This document shows, one piece after another, positions 1 through 12,500 of a stretch of DNA of 64,000 nt (its first letter is position 1; each line of letters starts with the position of its first letter). Source of the stretch: Balanoglossus misakiensis (Eukaryota > Animalia > Hemichordata); assembly GCA_040954595.2 (NCBI GenBank), contig CM082585.2, positions 12,080,341 through 12,144,340 of the forward strand. The letters are read 5' to 3'. The position numbers and the translations under genes were made by a program. The notes under the pieces were generated by a model that had not been told where the DNA came from, did no database searches, and saw nothing but the letters and a program-made list of their open reading frames with translations.

Positions 1-3000
1 TTTTCGACTTTGCGGAATTTCAAAATTTGGCCGATTTTTGAAAAAATCATGGGTTATAGCTCATGAAAATCATCCGAAAATGAGAATTTTTCGACTTTGC
101 GGAATTTCAAAATTTGGCCGATTTTTTGAAAAAATCATGGGTTATAGCTCATGAAAATCATCCGAAAATGAGAATTTTTCGACTTTGCGGAATTTCAAAA
201 TTTGGCCGATTTTTGAAAAAATCATGGGTTATAGCTCATGAAATCATCCGAAAATGAGAATTTTTCGACTTTGCGGAATTTCAAAATTTGGCCGATTTTT
301 TGAAAAAATCATGGGTTATAGCTCATGAAAATCATCCGAAAATGAGAATTTTTCGACTTTGCGGAATTTCAAAATTTGGCCGATTTTTGAAAAAATCATG
401 GGTTATAGCTCATGAAAATCATCCGAAAATGAGAATTTTTCGACTTTGCGGAATTTCAAAATTTGGCCGATTTTTGAAAAAATCATGGGTTATAGCTCAT
501 GAAAATCATCCGAAAATGAGAATTTTTCGACTTTGCGGAATTTCAAAATTTGGCCGATTTTTGAAAAAATCATGGGTTATAGCTCATGAAAATCATCCGA
601 AAATGAGAATTTTTCGACTTTGCGGAATTTCAAAATTTGGCCGATTTTTGAAAAAATCATGGGTTATAGCTCATGAAAATCATCCGAAAATGAGAATTTT
701 TCGACTTTGCGGAATTTCAAAATTTGGCCGATTTTTGAAAAAATCATGGGTTATAGCTCATGAAAATCATCCGAAAATGAGAATTTTTCGACTTTTGCGG
801 AATTTCAAAATTTGGCCGATTTTTGAAAAAAATCATGGGTTATAGCTCATGAAAATCATCCGAAAATGAGAATTTTTCGACTTTGCGGAATTTCAAAATT
901 TGGCCGATTTTTGAAAAAATCATGGGTTATAGCTCATGAAAATCATCCGAAAATGAGAATTTTTCGACTTTGCGGAATTTCAAAATTTGGCCGATTTTTG
1001 AAAAAATCATGGGTTATAGCTCATGAAAATCATCCGAAAATGAGAATTTTTCGACTTTGCGGAATTTCAAAATTTGGCCGATTTTTGAAAAAATCATGGG
1101 TTATAGCTCATGAAAATCATCCGAAAATGAGAATTTTTCGACTTTGCGGAATTTCAAAATTTGGCCGATTTTTGAAAAAATCATGGGTTATAGCTCATGA
1201 AAATCATCCGAAAATGAGAATTTTTCGACTTTGCGGAATTTCAAAATTTGGCCGATTTTTGAAAAAATCATGGGTTATAGCTCATGAAAATCATCCGAAA
1301 ATGAGAATTTTTCGACTTTGCGGAATTTCAAAATTTGGCCGATTTTTGAAAAAATCATGGGTTATAGCTCATGAAAATCATCCGAAAATGAGAATTTTTC
1401 GACTTTGCGGAATTTCAAAATTTGGCCGATTTTTGAAAAAATCATGGGTTATAGCTCATGAAAATCATCCGAAAATGAGAATTTTTCGACTTTGCGGAAT
1501 TTCAAAATTTGGCCGATTTTTGAAAAAATCATGGGTTATAGCTCATGAAAATCATCCGAAAATGAGAATTTTTCGACTTTGCGGAATTTCAAAATTTGGC
1601 CGATTTTTGAAAAAATCATGGGTTATAGCTCATGAAAATCATCCGAAAATGAGAATTTTTCGACTTTGCGGAATTTCAAAATTTGGCCGATTTTTGAAAA
1701 AATCATGGGTTATAGCTCATGAAAATCATCCGAAAATGAGAATTTTTCGACTTTGCGGAATTTCAAAATTTGGCCGATTTTTGAAAAAATCATGGGTTAT
1801 AGCTCATGAAAATCATCCGAAAATGAGAATTTTTCGACTTTGCGGAATTTCAAAATTTGGCCGATTTTTGAAAAAAATCATGGGTTATAGCTCATGAAAA
1901 TCATCCGAAAATGAGAATTTTTCGACTTTGCGGAATTTCAAAATTTGGCCGATTTTTGAAAAAATCATGGGTTATAGCTCATGAAAATCATCCGAAAATG
2001 AGAATTTTTCGACTTTGCGGAATTTCAAAATTTGGCCGATTTTTGAAAAAATCATGGGTTATAGCTCATGAAAATCATCCGAAAATGAGAATTTTTCGAC
2101 TTTGCGGAATTTCAAAATTTGGCCGATTTTTGAAAAAATCATGGGTTATAGCTCATGAAAATCATCCGAAAATGAGAATTTTTCGACTTTGCGGAATTTC
2201 AAAATTTGGCCGATTTTTGAAAAAATCATGGGTTATAGCTCATGAAAATCATCCGAAAATGAGAATTTTTCGACTTTGCGGAATTTCAAAATTTGGCCGA
2301 TTTTTGAAAAAATCATGGGTTATAGCTCATGAAAATCATCCGAAAATGAGAATTTTTCGACTTTGCGGAATTTCAAAATTTGGCCGATTTTTGAAAAAAT
2401 CATGGGTTATAGCTCATGAAAATCATCCGAAAATGAGAATTTTTCGACTTTGCGGAATTTCAAAATTTGGCCGATTTTTGAAAAAATCATGGGTTATAGC
2501 TCATGAAAATCATCCGAAAATGAGAATTTTTCGACTTTGCGGAATTTCAAAATTTGGCCGATTTTTGAAAAAATCATGGGTTATAGCTCATGAAAATCAT
2601 CCGAAAATGAGAATTTTTCGACTTTGCGGAATTTCAAAATTTGGCCGATTTTTGAAAAAATCATGGGTTATAGCTCATGAAAATCATCCGAAAATGAGAA
2701 TTTTTCGACTTTGCGGAATTTCAAAATTTGGCCGATTTTTGAAAAAATCATGGGTTATAGCTCATGAAAATCATCCGAAAATGAGAATTTTTCGACTTTG
2801 CGGAATTTCAAAATTTGGCCGATTTTTGAAAAAATCATGGGTTATAGCTCATGAAAATCATCCGAAAATGAGAATTTTTCGACTTTGCGGAATTTCAAAA
2901 TTTGGCCGATTTTTGAAAAAATCATGGGTTATAGCTCATGAAAATCATCCGAAAATGAGAATTTTTCGACTTTGCGGAATTTCAAAATTTGGCCGATTTT

Positions 3001-6000
3001 TGAAAAAATCATGGGTTATAGCTCATGAAAATCATCCGAAAATGAGAATTTTTCGACTTTGCGGAATTTCAAAATTTGGCCGATTTTTGAAAAAATCATG
3101 GGTTATAGCTCATGAAAATCATCCGAAAATGAGAATTTTTCGACTTTGCGGAATTTCAAAATTTGGCCGATTTTTGAAAAAATCATGGGTTATAGCTCAT
3201 GAAAATCATCCGAAAATGAGAATTTTTCGACTTTGCGGAATTTCAAAATTTGGCCGATTTTTGAAAAAATCATGGGTTATAGCTCATGAAAATCATCCGA
3301 AAATGAGAATTTTTCGACTTTGCGAATTTTCAAAATTTGGCCGATTTTTGAAAAAATCATGGGTTATAGCTCATGAAAATCATCCGAAAATGAGAATTTT
3401 TCGACTTTGCGGAATTTCAAAATTTGGCCGATTTTTGAAAAAATCATGGGTTATAGCTCATGAAAATCATCCGAAAATGAGAATTTTTCGACTTTGCGGA
3501 ATTTCAAAATTTGGCCGATTTTTGAAAAAATCATGGGTTATAGCTCATGAAAATCATTCGAAAATGAGAATTTTTCGACTTTGCGGAATTTCAAAATTTG
3601 GCCGATTTTTGAAAAAATCATGGGTTATAGCTCATGAAAATCATCCGAAAATGAGAATTTTTCGACTTTGCGGAATTTCAAAATTTGGCCGATTTTTGAA
3701 AAAATCATGGGTTATAGCTCATGAAAATCATCCGAAAATAAGAATTTTTCGACTTTGCGGTATTTCAAAATTTGGCCGATTTTTGAAAAAAATCATGGGT
3801 TATAGCTCATGAAAATCATCCGAAAATGAGAATTTTTCGACTTTGCGGAATTTCAAAATTTGGCCGATTTTTGAAAAAATCATGGGTTATAGCTCATGAA
3901 AATCATCCGAAAATGAGAATTTTTCGACTTTGCGGTATTTCAAAATTTGGCCGATTTTTGAAAAAAATCATGGGTTATAGCTCATGAAAATCATCCGAAA
4001 ATGAGAATTTTTCGACTTTGCGGAATTTCAAAATTTGGCCGATTTTTGAAAAAAATCATGGGTTATAGCTCATGAAAATCATCCAAAAATGAGAATTTTT
4101 CGACTTTGCGGAATTTCAAAATTTGGCCGATTTTTGAAAAAATCATGGGTTATAGCTCATGAAAATCATCCGAAAATGAGAATTTTTCGACTTTGCGAAT
4201 TTTCAAAATTTGGCCGATTTTTGAAAAAATCATGGGTTATAGCTCATGAAAATCATCCGAAAATGAGAATTTTTCGACTTTGCGGAATTTCAAAATTTGG
4301 CCGATTTTTGAAAAAATCATGGGTTATAGCTCATGAAAATCATCCGAAAATGAGAATTTTTCGACTTTGCGGAATTTCAAAATTTGGCCGATTTTTGAAA
4401 AAATCATGGGTTATAGCTCATGAAAATCATCCGAAAATGAGAATTTTTCGACTTTGCGGAATTTCAAAATTTGGCCGATTTTTGAAAAAAATCATGGGTT
4501 ATAGCTCATGAAAATCATCCAAAAATGATAATTTTTCGACTTTGCGGAATTTCAAAATTTGGCCGATTTTTGAAAAAATCATGGGTTATAGCTCATGAAA
4601 ATCATCCGAAAATGAGAATTTTTCGACTTTGCGAATTTTCAAAATTTGGCCGATTTTTGAAAAAATCATGGGTTATAGCTCATGAAAATCATCCGAAAAT
4701 GAGAATTTTTCGACTTTGCGGAATTTCAAAATTTGGCCGATTTTTGAAAAAATCATGGGTTATAGCTCATGAAAATCATCCGAAAATGAGAATTTTTCGA
4801 CTTTGCGGAATTTCAAAATTTGGCCGATTTTTGAAAAAATCATGGGTTATAGCTCATGAAAATCATCCGAAAATGAGAATTTTTCGACTTTGCGGAATTT
4901 CAAAATTTGGCCGATTTTTGAAAAAATCATGGGTTATAGCTCATGAAAATCATCCGAAAATGAGAATTTTTCGACTTTGCGGAATTTCAAAATTTGGCCG
5001 ATTTTTGAAAAAATCATGGGTTATAGCTCATGAAAATCATCCGAAAATGAGAATTTTTCGACTTTGCGGAATTTCAAAATTTGGCCGATTTTTGAAAAAA
5101 TCATGGGTTATAGCTCATGAAAATCATTCGAAAATGAGAATTTTTCGACTTTGCGGTATTTCAAAATTTGGCCGATTTTTGAAAAAAATCATGGGTTATA
5201 GCTCATGAAAATCATCCGAAAATGAGAATTTTTCGACTTTGCGGAATTTCAAAATTTGGCCGATTTTTGAAAAAATCATGGGTTATAGCTCATGAAAATC
5301 ATCCGAAAATGAGAATTTTTTGACTTTGCGGAATTTCAAAATTTGGCCGATTTTTGAAAAAATCATGGGTTATAGCTCATGAAAATCATCCGAAAATGAG
5401 AATTTTTCGACTTTGCGGTATTTCAAAATTTGGCCGATTTTTGAAAAAAATCATGGGTTATAGCTCATGAAAATCATCCGAAAATGAGAATTTTTCGACT
5501 TTGCGGTATTTCAAAATTTGGCCGATTTTTGAAAAAATCATGGGTTATAGCTCATGAAAATCATCCGAAAATGAGAATTTTTCGACTTTGCGGAATTTCA
5601 AAATTTGGCCGATTTTTGAAAAAATCATGGGTTATAGCTCATGAAAATCATTCGAAAATGAGAATTTTTCGACTTTGCGGAATTTCAAAATTTGGCCGAT
5701 TTTTGAAAAAATCATGGGTTATAGCTCATGAAAATCATCCGAAAATGAGAATTTTTCGACTTTGCGGAATTTCAAAATTTGGCCGATTTTTGAAAAAATC
5801 ATGGGTTATAGCTCATGAAAATCATCCGAAAATGAGAATTTTTCGACTTTGCGGTATTTCAAAATTTGGCCGATTTTTGAAAAAAATCATGGGTTATAGC
5901 TCATGAAAATCATCCGAAAATGAGAATTTTTCGACTTTGCGGAATTTCAAAATTTGGCCGATTTTTGAAAAAATCATGGGTTATAGCTCATGAAAATCAT

Positions 6001-8340
6001 CCGAAAATGAGAATTTTTCGACTTTGCGGTATTTCAAAATTTGGCCGATTTTTGAAAAAAATCATGGGTTATAGCTCATGAAAATCATCCGAAAATGAGA
6101 ATTTTTCGACTTTGCGGAATTTCAAAATTTGGCCGATTTTTGAAAAAAATCATGGGTTATAGCTCATGAAAATCATCCAAAAATGAGAATTTTTCGACTT
6201 TGCGGAATTTCAAAATTTGGCCGATTTTTGAAAAAATCATGGGTTATAGCTCATGAAAATCATCCGAAAATGAGAATTTTTCGACTTTGCGAATTTTCAA
6301 AATTTGGCCGATTTTTGAAAAAATCATGGGTTATAGCTCATGAAAATCATCCGAAAATGAGAATTTTTCGACTTTGCGGAATTTCAAAATTTGGCCGATT
6401 TTTGAAAAAATCATGGGTTATAGCTCATGAAAATCATCCGAAAATGAGAATTTTTCGACTTTGCGGAATTTCAAAATTTGGCCGATTTTTGAAAAAATCA
6501 TGGGTTATAGCTCATGAAAATCATCCGAAAATGAGAATTTTTCGACTTTGCGGAATTTCAAAATTTGGCCGATTTTTGAAAAAATCATGGGTTATAGCTC
6601 ATGAAAATCATCCGAAAATGAGAATTTTTCGACTTTGCGGAATTTCAAAATTTGGCCGATTTTTGAAAAAATCATGGGTTATAGCTCATGAAAATCATCC
6701 GAAAATGAGAATTTTTCGACTTTGCGGAATTTCAAAATTTGGCCGATTTTTGAAAAAATCATGGGTTATAGCTCATGAAAATCATTCGAAAATGAGAATT
6801 TTTCGACTTTGCGGAATTTCAAAATTTGGCCGATTTTTGAAAAAATCATGGGTTATAGCTCATGAAAATCATCCGAAAATGAGAAATTTTCGACTTTGCG
6901 GAATTTCAAAATTTGGCCGATTTTTGAAAAAAATCATGGGTTATAGCTCATGAAAATCATCCGAAAATGAGAATTTTTCGACTTTGCGGTATTTCAAAAT
7001 TTGGCCGATTTTTGAAAAAATCAGGGGTTATAGCTCATGAAAATCATCCGAAAATGAGAATTTTTCGACTTTGCGGAATTTCAAAATTTGGCCGATTTTT
7101 GAAAAAATCATGGGTTATAGCTCATGAAAATCATCCGAAAATGAGAATTTTTCGACTTTGCGGAATTTCAAAATTTGGCCGATTTTTGAAAAAATCATGG
7201 GTTATAGCTCATGAAAATCATCCGAAAATGAGAATTTTTCGACTTTGCGGAATTTCAAAATTTGGCCGATTTTTGAAAAAATCATGGGTTATAGCTCATG
7301 AAAATCATCCGAAAATGAGAATTTTTCGACTTTGCGGAATTTCAAAATTTGGCCGATTTTTGAAAAAAATCATGGGTTATAGCTCATGAAAATCATCCGA
7401 AAATGAGAATTTTTCGACTTTGCGGTATTTCAAAATTTGGCCGATTTTTGAAAAAATCATGGGTTATAGCTCATGAAAATCATCCGAAAATGAGAATTTT
7501 TCGATTTTGCGGAATTTCAAAATTTGGCCGATTTTTGAAAAAATCATGGGTTATAGCTCATGAAAATCATCCGAAAATGAGAATTTTTCGACTTTGCGGA
7601 ATTTCAAAATTTGGCCGATTTTTGAAAAAAATCATGGGTTATAGCTCATGAAAATCATCCGAAAATGAGAATTTTTCGACTTTGCGGTATTTCAAAATTT
7701 GGCCGATTTTTGAAAAAATCATGGGTTATAGCTCATGAAAATCATCCGAAAATGAGAATTTTTCGACTTTGCGGAATTTCAAAATTTGGCCGATTTTTGA
7801 AAAAATCATGGGTTATAGCTCATGAAAATCATCCGAAAATGAGAATTTTTCGACTTTGCGAATTTTCAAAATTTGGCTGATTTTTGAAAAAATCATGGGT
7901 TATAGCTCATGAAAATCATCCGAAAATGAGAATTTTTCGACTTTGCGGAATTTCAAAATTTGGCCGATTTTTGAAAAAATCATGGGTTATAGCTCATGAA
8001 AATCATCCGAAAATGAGAATTTTTCGACTTTGCGGAATTTCAAAATTTGGCCGATTTTTGAAAAAATCATGGGTTATAGCTCATGAAAATCATCCGAAAA
8101 TGAGAATTTTTCGACTTTGCGGAATTTCAAAATTTGGCCGATTTTTGAAAAAATCATGGGTTATAGCTCATGAAAATCATCCGAAAATGAGAATTTTTCG
8201 ACTTTGCGGAATTTCAAAATTTGGCCGATTTTTGAAAAAATCATGGGTTATAGCTCATGAAAATCATCCGAAAATGAGAATTTTTCGACTTTGCGGAATT
8301 TCAAAATTTGGCCGATTTTTTGAAAAAAATCATGGGTTAT
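1..8340. repeat. 87-bp tandem satellite array, about 96 near-identical monomers; runs off the left edge of the window
   Basis: Monomer TTTTCGACTTTGCGGAATTTCAAAATTTGGCCGATTTTTGAAAAAATCATGGGTTATAGCTCATGAAAATCATCCGAAAATGAGAAT recurs with period 87. Differences are homopolymer indels and a few recurrent substitutions. Confidence 0.99.
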
Positions 8341-8596
8341 AGCTAATGAAAATCATCAAAAAATGACAATTTTTCGACTTTGCCAATTTTCAAAATTTCT
8401 TCATTTTTCGACAAAAATCATGGGTTATAGGAAAATCATCAAAAAATGATTTTTCGACTTTGCCAAATTTCAAAATTTTCTCATTTTTTGAAAAAAATCA
8501 TGGGTTACAGCTCATGAAAATCTTCAAAAAATGACAATTTTTTGACTTTGGTAATTTTCAAAATTTCTTCATTTTTTTCACAAAAATCATGGGTTA
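8341..8596. repeat. Diverged terminal satellite monomers (about 3 copies)
   Basis: Same monomer skeleton (TTTTCGACTTTG...CAAAATTT...AAAAATCATGGGTTA) with many substitutions and deletions. Confidence 0.92.
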
Positions 8597-9335
8597 TAAT
8601 AATAATAGTTTATTCAGATACAATATAGGCCACCAGCCTTTGTGTATACAAAATCTCCGGAGGACGCAATAAAGTAAGATAATTGTTCGAATTACATCAT
8701 GTCCATGAAAAAGCAAAGAAACAAATTACACTTCAGATCGTGTTTTCGTGGCAAAAAATACAAATTTTGAAAGATTACGCAAGATACTTGGATTACATGA
8801 TTGCATGAGGAGGTAAAATTTATCGTAGGTTGGCATTGAATAGTAATATCTAGGAATATACTTGATTCGTAAGTCCACGTAGAATGGACACATAATACAA
8901 AAGTGAAATTCATCCTCTATCTCATTACCATTACAATAGATACATGTTCTATCTTCACGGTTATTGCGTAATCGCCTGTCAGCTTCGATATTCTAAATCT
9001 GCAAAGTGCCTCTCGAAAATGCGACTTTTCAATCATGTTGAAATACAATTCTCGTCTAAAAATATGTTTGAACTTTCTGTAAGAGTCTAGTTTAGGGAAC
9101 AAACGTAGACTAGTATGCCAGTTTTGAACATCTAGATCATGACAACGCGCTTTGAATAAGGAAATAAAATTGACATTGTTACCAACCCCCTGATTAACCC
9201 ATGCCTCACCCATTCCAAAGGAAAAAAGTAACATTTTCACATTGTGAGCCCAACATGTTTTGTTCTTTTCCGCTTCTCCATACTGGAATACATAGCATTT
9301 GTATGGTAAACGATTAACTGGCATTGCCAGTAGAC
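8597..9335 (-). mobile_element. 5'-truncated non-LTR retrotransposon 3' fragment (RTE-X-like ORF2 C-terminus), frameshifted
   Basis: Minus-strand translation ...KLDSYRKFKHIFRRELYF...REALCRFRIS then a frameshift to REDRTCIYCNGNEIEDEFHFCIMCPFYVDLR, the Cys/His motif ending many invertebrate LINE ORF2s. AATAAA is followed by a (TAT)n tail at 8597-8614. An 11-bp direct repeat ATCATGGGTTA flanks it at 8586-8596 and 9336-9346 (TSD). Clade assignment is from memory. Confidence 0.85.
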
Positions 9336-9486
9336 ATCATGGGTTACAGCTCATGAAAATCTTCAACAAATGACAATTTTTCGACTTTGCGAATTTTCAA
9401 AATTTCTTCATTTTTTCACAAAAATCATAGGTTATAGTATAGCTCATGAAAAATCTTCAAAAAATGACAATTTTGCGACTTTTTCG
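9336..9486. repeat. Last diverged satellite monomers (about 1.7 copies)
   Basis: ATCATGGGTTACAGCTCATGAAAATCTTC...TTTTCGACTTTGCGAATTTTCAAAATTTC resumes in register after the LINE insertion. Confidence 0.9.
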
Positions 9487-9500
9487 AGTATACATCGTGA

Positions 9501-9593
9501 TGGCGAAGGTTTCATGAAGGCTAGGCTTTTACCTGAAGGTGTCAACTGATCTTATCTTCAGGTAAAAGCCTAACCTTCATGAACCCTTCGCCA
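9501..9593. repeat. Long inverted repeat / hairpin (38-bp arms, 17-nt loop)
   Basis: TGGCGAAGGTTTCATGAAGGCTAGGCTTTTACCTGAAG (9501-9538) is the reverse complement of 9556-9593 with 2 mismatches. Confidence 0.9.
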
Positions 9594-12500
9594 GTGTTTG
9601 AAGAATAGATGATGAGGAAAGTAGGGTACTCGATGTAACATCAGATGTAACAGTGATTGTTATTGTCTTTGGTTGCTAGGTGACATGCCATCAATCTCTC
9701 CTTTCTCTTGGGTTTTCTTTTATGTCTCTTGTAATGTTTTCAGCTGCAAAGTGACAGCCCCTCTGGATAGCAGAGTAAGCTAACAACTTTGCAGTCATAT
9801 TCTAAATAAAAAAAAATCAAAGACGACGTTAATAAGTATATGAAGTGGAAATTACTGACATGAAACTAAGTCGGGCCTCATTTGTTTCAAAATTGAATGG
9901 TTAAGCGGTCGCCATGGTAATTTCACACAAGCAATCATGCAGAGATGTTTAAAAAATCAATATAAATTGTCGTTGAACTTTATTACTGCTCTGATGTGGC
10001 GTATGACCCAATTCGCAGTCAAAATCTGGAACAGAGATTTAACGCTCTGAAAGAATGTTACAATTTCTCATTTCAGACAGAATTACTATAAGGCACATTC
10101 ATTCATCATTACATTTACAGCCTACATAAAACCTATATCGGTCAATTGTTCAGTCGGCGCTTGGCTGATTAGCTTCGCACTGTATTCATAACCACTGAAA
10201 AATAATAAGGAAAAGTCATAGCAAGCTAATTACTTTATTAACAATGAAACTTGCTATGGGTATATTGATTCGGTAGTTAACAGATTTCGAGAGACACTTC
10301 AAGGGCTGACAACGTGATATATGCATATGATGCACTTATAGGATATGAAAGGTGAGGTGAATTTCCAAAGCAGACACCCACACTATAATTTGGAGGTCCT
10401 CACTGCCCTTCTGTTCTTACGTCCATATATAGTTGAATAAATTATGAGTTATCAAAAGATTTCTGAAAGTGATAGTGTCAGAAATGACTGTTCACCGCGA
10501 ACATTTTTTTGTGTGGGAAACAGGCGAAGGGACAGAGACCGGAAGTAGCCGTAACTAGGGAGACAGAAAAAAAACCGCATCTCTTGGTAACTCAATGTCT
10601 CTGATCTCTTTCCATCGTAAATAACAAATGTCTTCATAGAAACGCGGGGATGCGCGAAATGAAAGAATGAGTGGGGTGACCGGTGATGATCTCAGATGAT
10701 CATCGTCACCCATGATTGGTCACGTGTGATGCTTACTGCAAGTCCTGGAGCAAACAAATCACGATTTTACGAGATGTCGTGAGAGTATCACCGATCTCAG
10801 AACAAAGAAAATGTCAATGGAATCAACAACTCTTGAATGATATATTAACAATGGTAGACACACACATGGACAAGAAACACGCATGGCCAAAGTTGTTTGC
10901 ACTATCTGGAATTCAAGTTGAAAAAATAGAACGGAAATGTTTGAACAACCGTCCCTTACTATATATCTAGGCCCAGATCGTAATTTTTAGATTCCTAAGT
11001 GTATTGGCCAACTTTTGAAACACACTTTTCGTTGATGTATTAGCGCGTGGGTGATAGTTCCAACTGTATCAGCACCGCCCCTTGCTTTCTGTGTCTCCTA
11101 AGATCGATCATGCTGCGCAGAAGGTGTTATGGGTTGGTTTGTATCGTAGCCTTAGTAACATGCAAATTAGCGCTTCAAGCCTTTTACGTGCAATGTCTAT
11201 AAGTAGCCCGTGGCATATGAACAAAGTAATGTACTATCGTTGCCAGGATGGACGGCGAGTGAACGTATAAATTGTGTAAACTTGTTGGTCGTTTGTGAGA
11301 AAAGGTGAAAACTTTGTACACCTTTTTGCCCTTTTCTCCAAAATTGAGAATGAAGATAAAAAAGTGTCAACAAAGCATTTGATGACTACAAGTTCAAGTT
11401 TCTCAACAAGTATGGAAGACTTTATCGGACTGTCATTCTGCAGGACAAGTATACGGATTCCATTTGAGGTTAGTAGAACTTCATTACACGCACAGACATT
11501 GATTCATGGGACTTGAACTTGAACTCAGATGAACGTTCCGGTGCCTGGGCAGCATTCAAGGACAATTGTGAACATGAGTGGAAAGTACAAGACATTTCCA
11601 CCAGAAAAATTAGAGTCCAGTCTCAATTAGATCATGGACCTTCTTGAATCCATTTAGAAGAGGATGTTCGCGTCGAGGTCAGAGAAAGTAAGGAACTTGT
11701 CTTACATTTCTTCTTCAAAAATATGAAGTTTTCTCAGTTTTCTTTGGAGTGATGTACTGAATATGATTACGACCACATGCCCGTAAAATCGCGAAATATG
11801 TGTTCCCAGTATTACGTATTCCCCAAAATGCAAATCTAATACGAAATCGCTAACTTTGGCAAAGTTCCTTGTCTCTCATATCCACTGAAGTTTTAATATT
11901 AACGAAACTTTGAGTGTTATGTATATTATTCCCTCCACTAAGAAAGACTTGAAGATGCGACCCAATTTTCTGGAGGCAGAGATGTTCACTGACAACAATG
12001 CCAATATTTTTTTACGGTTTTTAAGCCTTTGTGTTGCTTTTTTGCTGAACTTTTACTGACCCGAGGCAAAAATGGAAAGAGACCTGAAAGGGTTTATTCT
12101 CGTTGGCAAAACAATGCTGTTCAGAAGCCACTATTTTTTGTGACTTAAATGGCGCTGTTTGTTATGAGGTTATTCAAACCGGACTTCTTACACTGTGACA
12201 CTTCAATAAACTTCCATATAAGAATGGAAGGATTTTTGTTTAGATCGAGAACAGTGTGAACAATTAAGAGGACGACATAAATTTTTTGCATATCCGTGCC
12301 CATACCAGCGTTGCTAGAATAAAAGGAGACAGTTTAATCTCAAACGAACTGGCCTCCTTCCTTAAGCTATCATGCATTATTTTCATATCACATTATTAAA
12401 AAAAAAACATCTTCACTGCATCGACAAAGCTGTAAGCACTGATAGCAACACATGTGTGCCGATCGTGGTGCATTCTTACAGAACAATCCAGTCAAGATAC

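Noticed and set aside
2-17. CENP-B-box-like motif TTTCGACTTTGCGGAA in each monomer
   Set aside because: Spacing between TTCG and CGG is one base short of the canonical box, and the essential A and final G are not matched.
1-8340. CRISPR-like array
   Set aside because: There are no unique spacers, the monomers are head-to-tail identical, the context is eukaryotic and no cas genes are present.
288-8342. Long ORFs encoding a 29-aa repeat (MRIFRLCGISKFGRFLKKSWVIAHENHPK)
   Set aside because: Artefact of an 87-bp (multiple of 3) monomer lacking stops in one frame; frequent 1-bp homopolymer indels show no frame selection.
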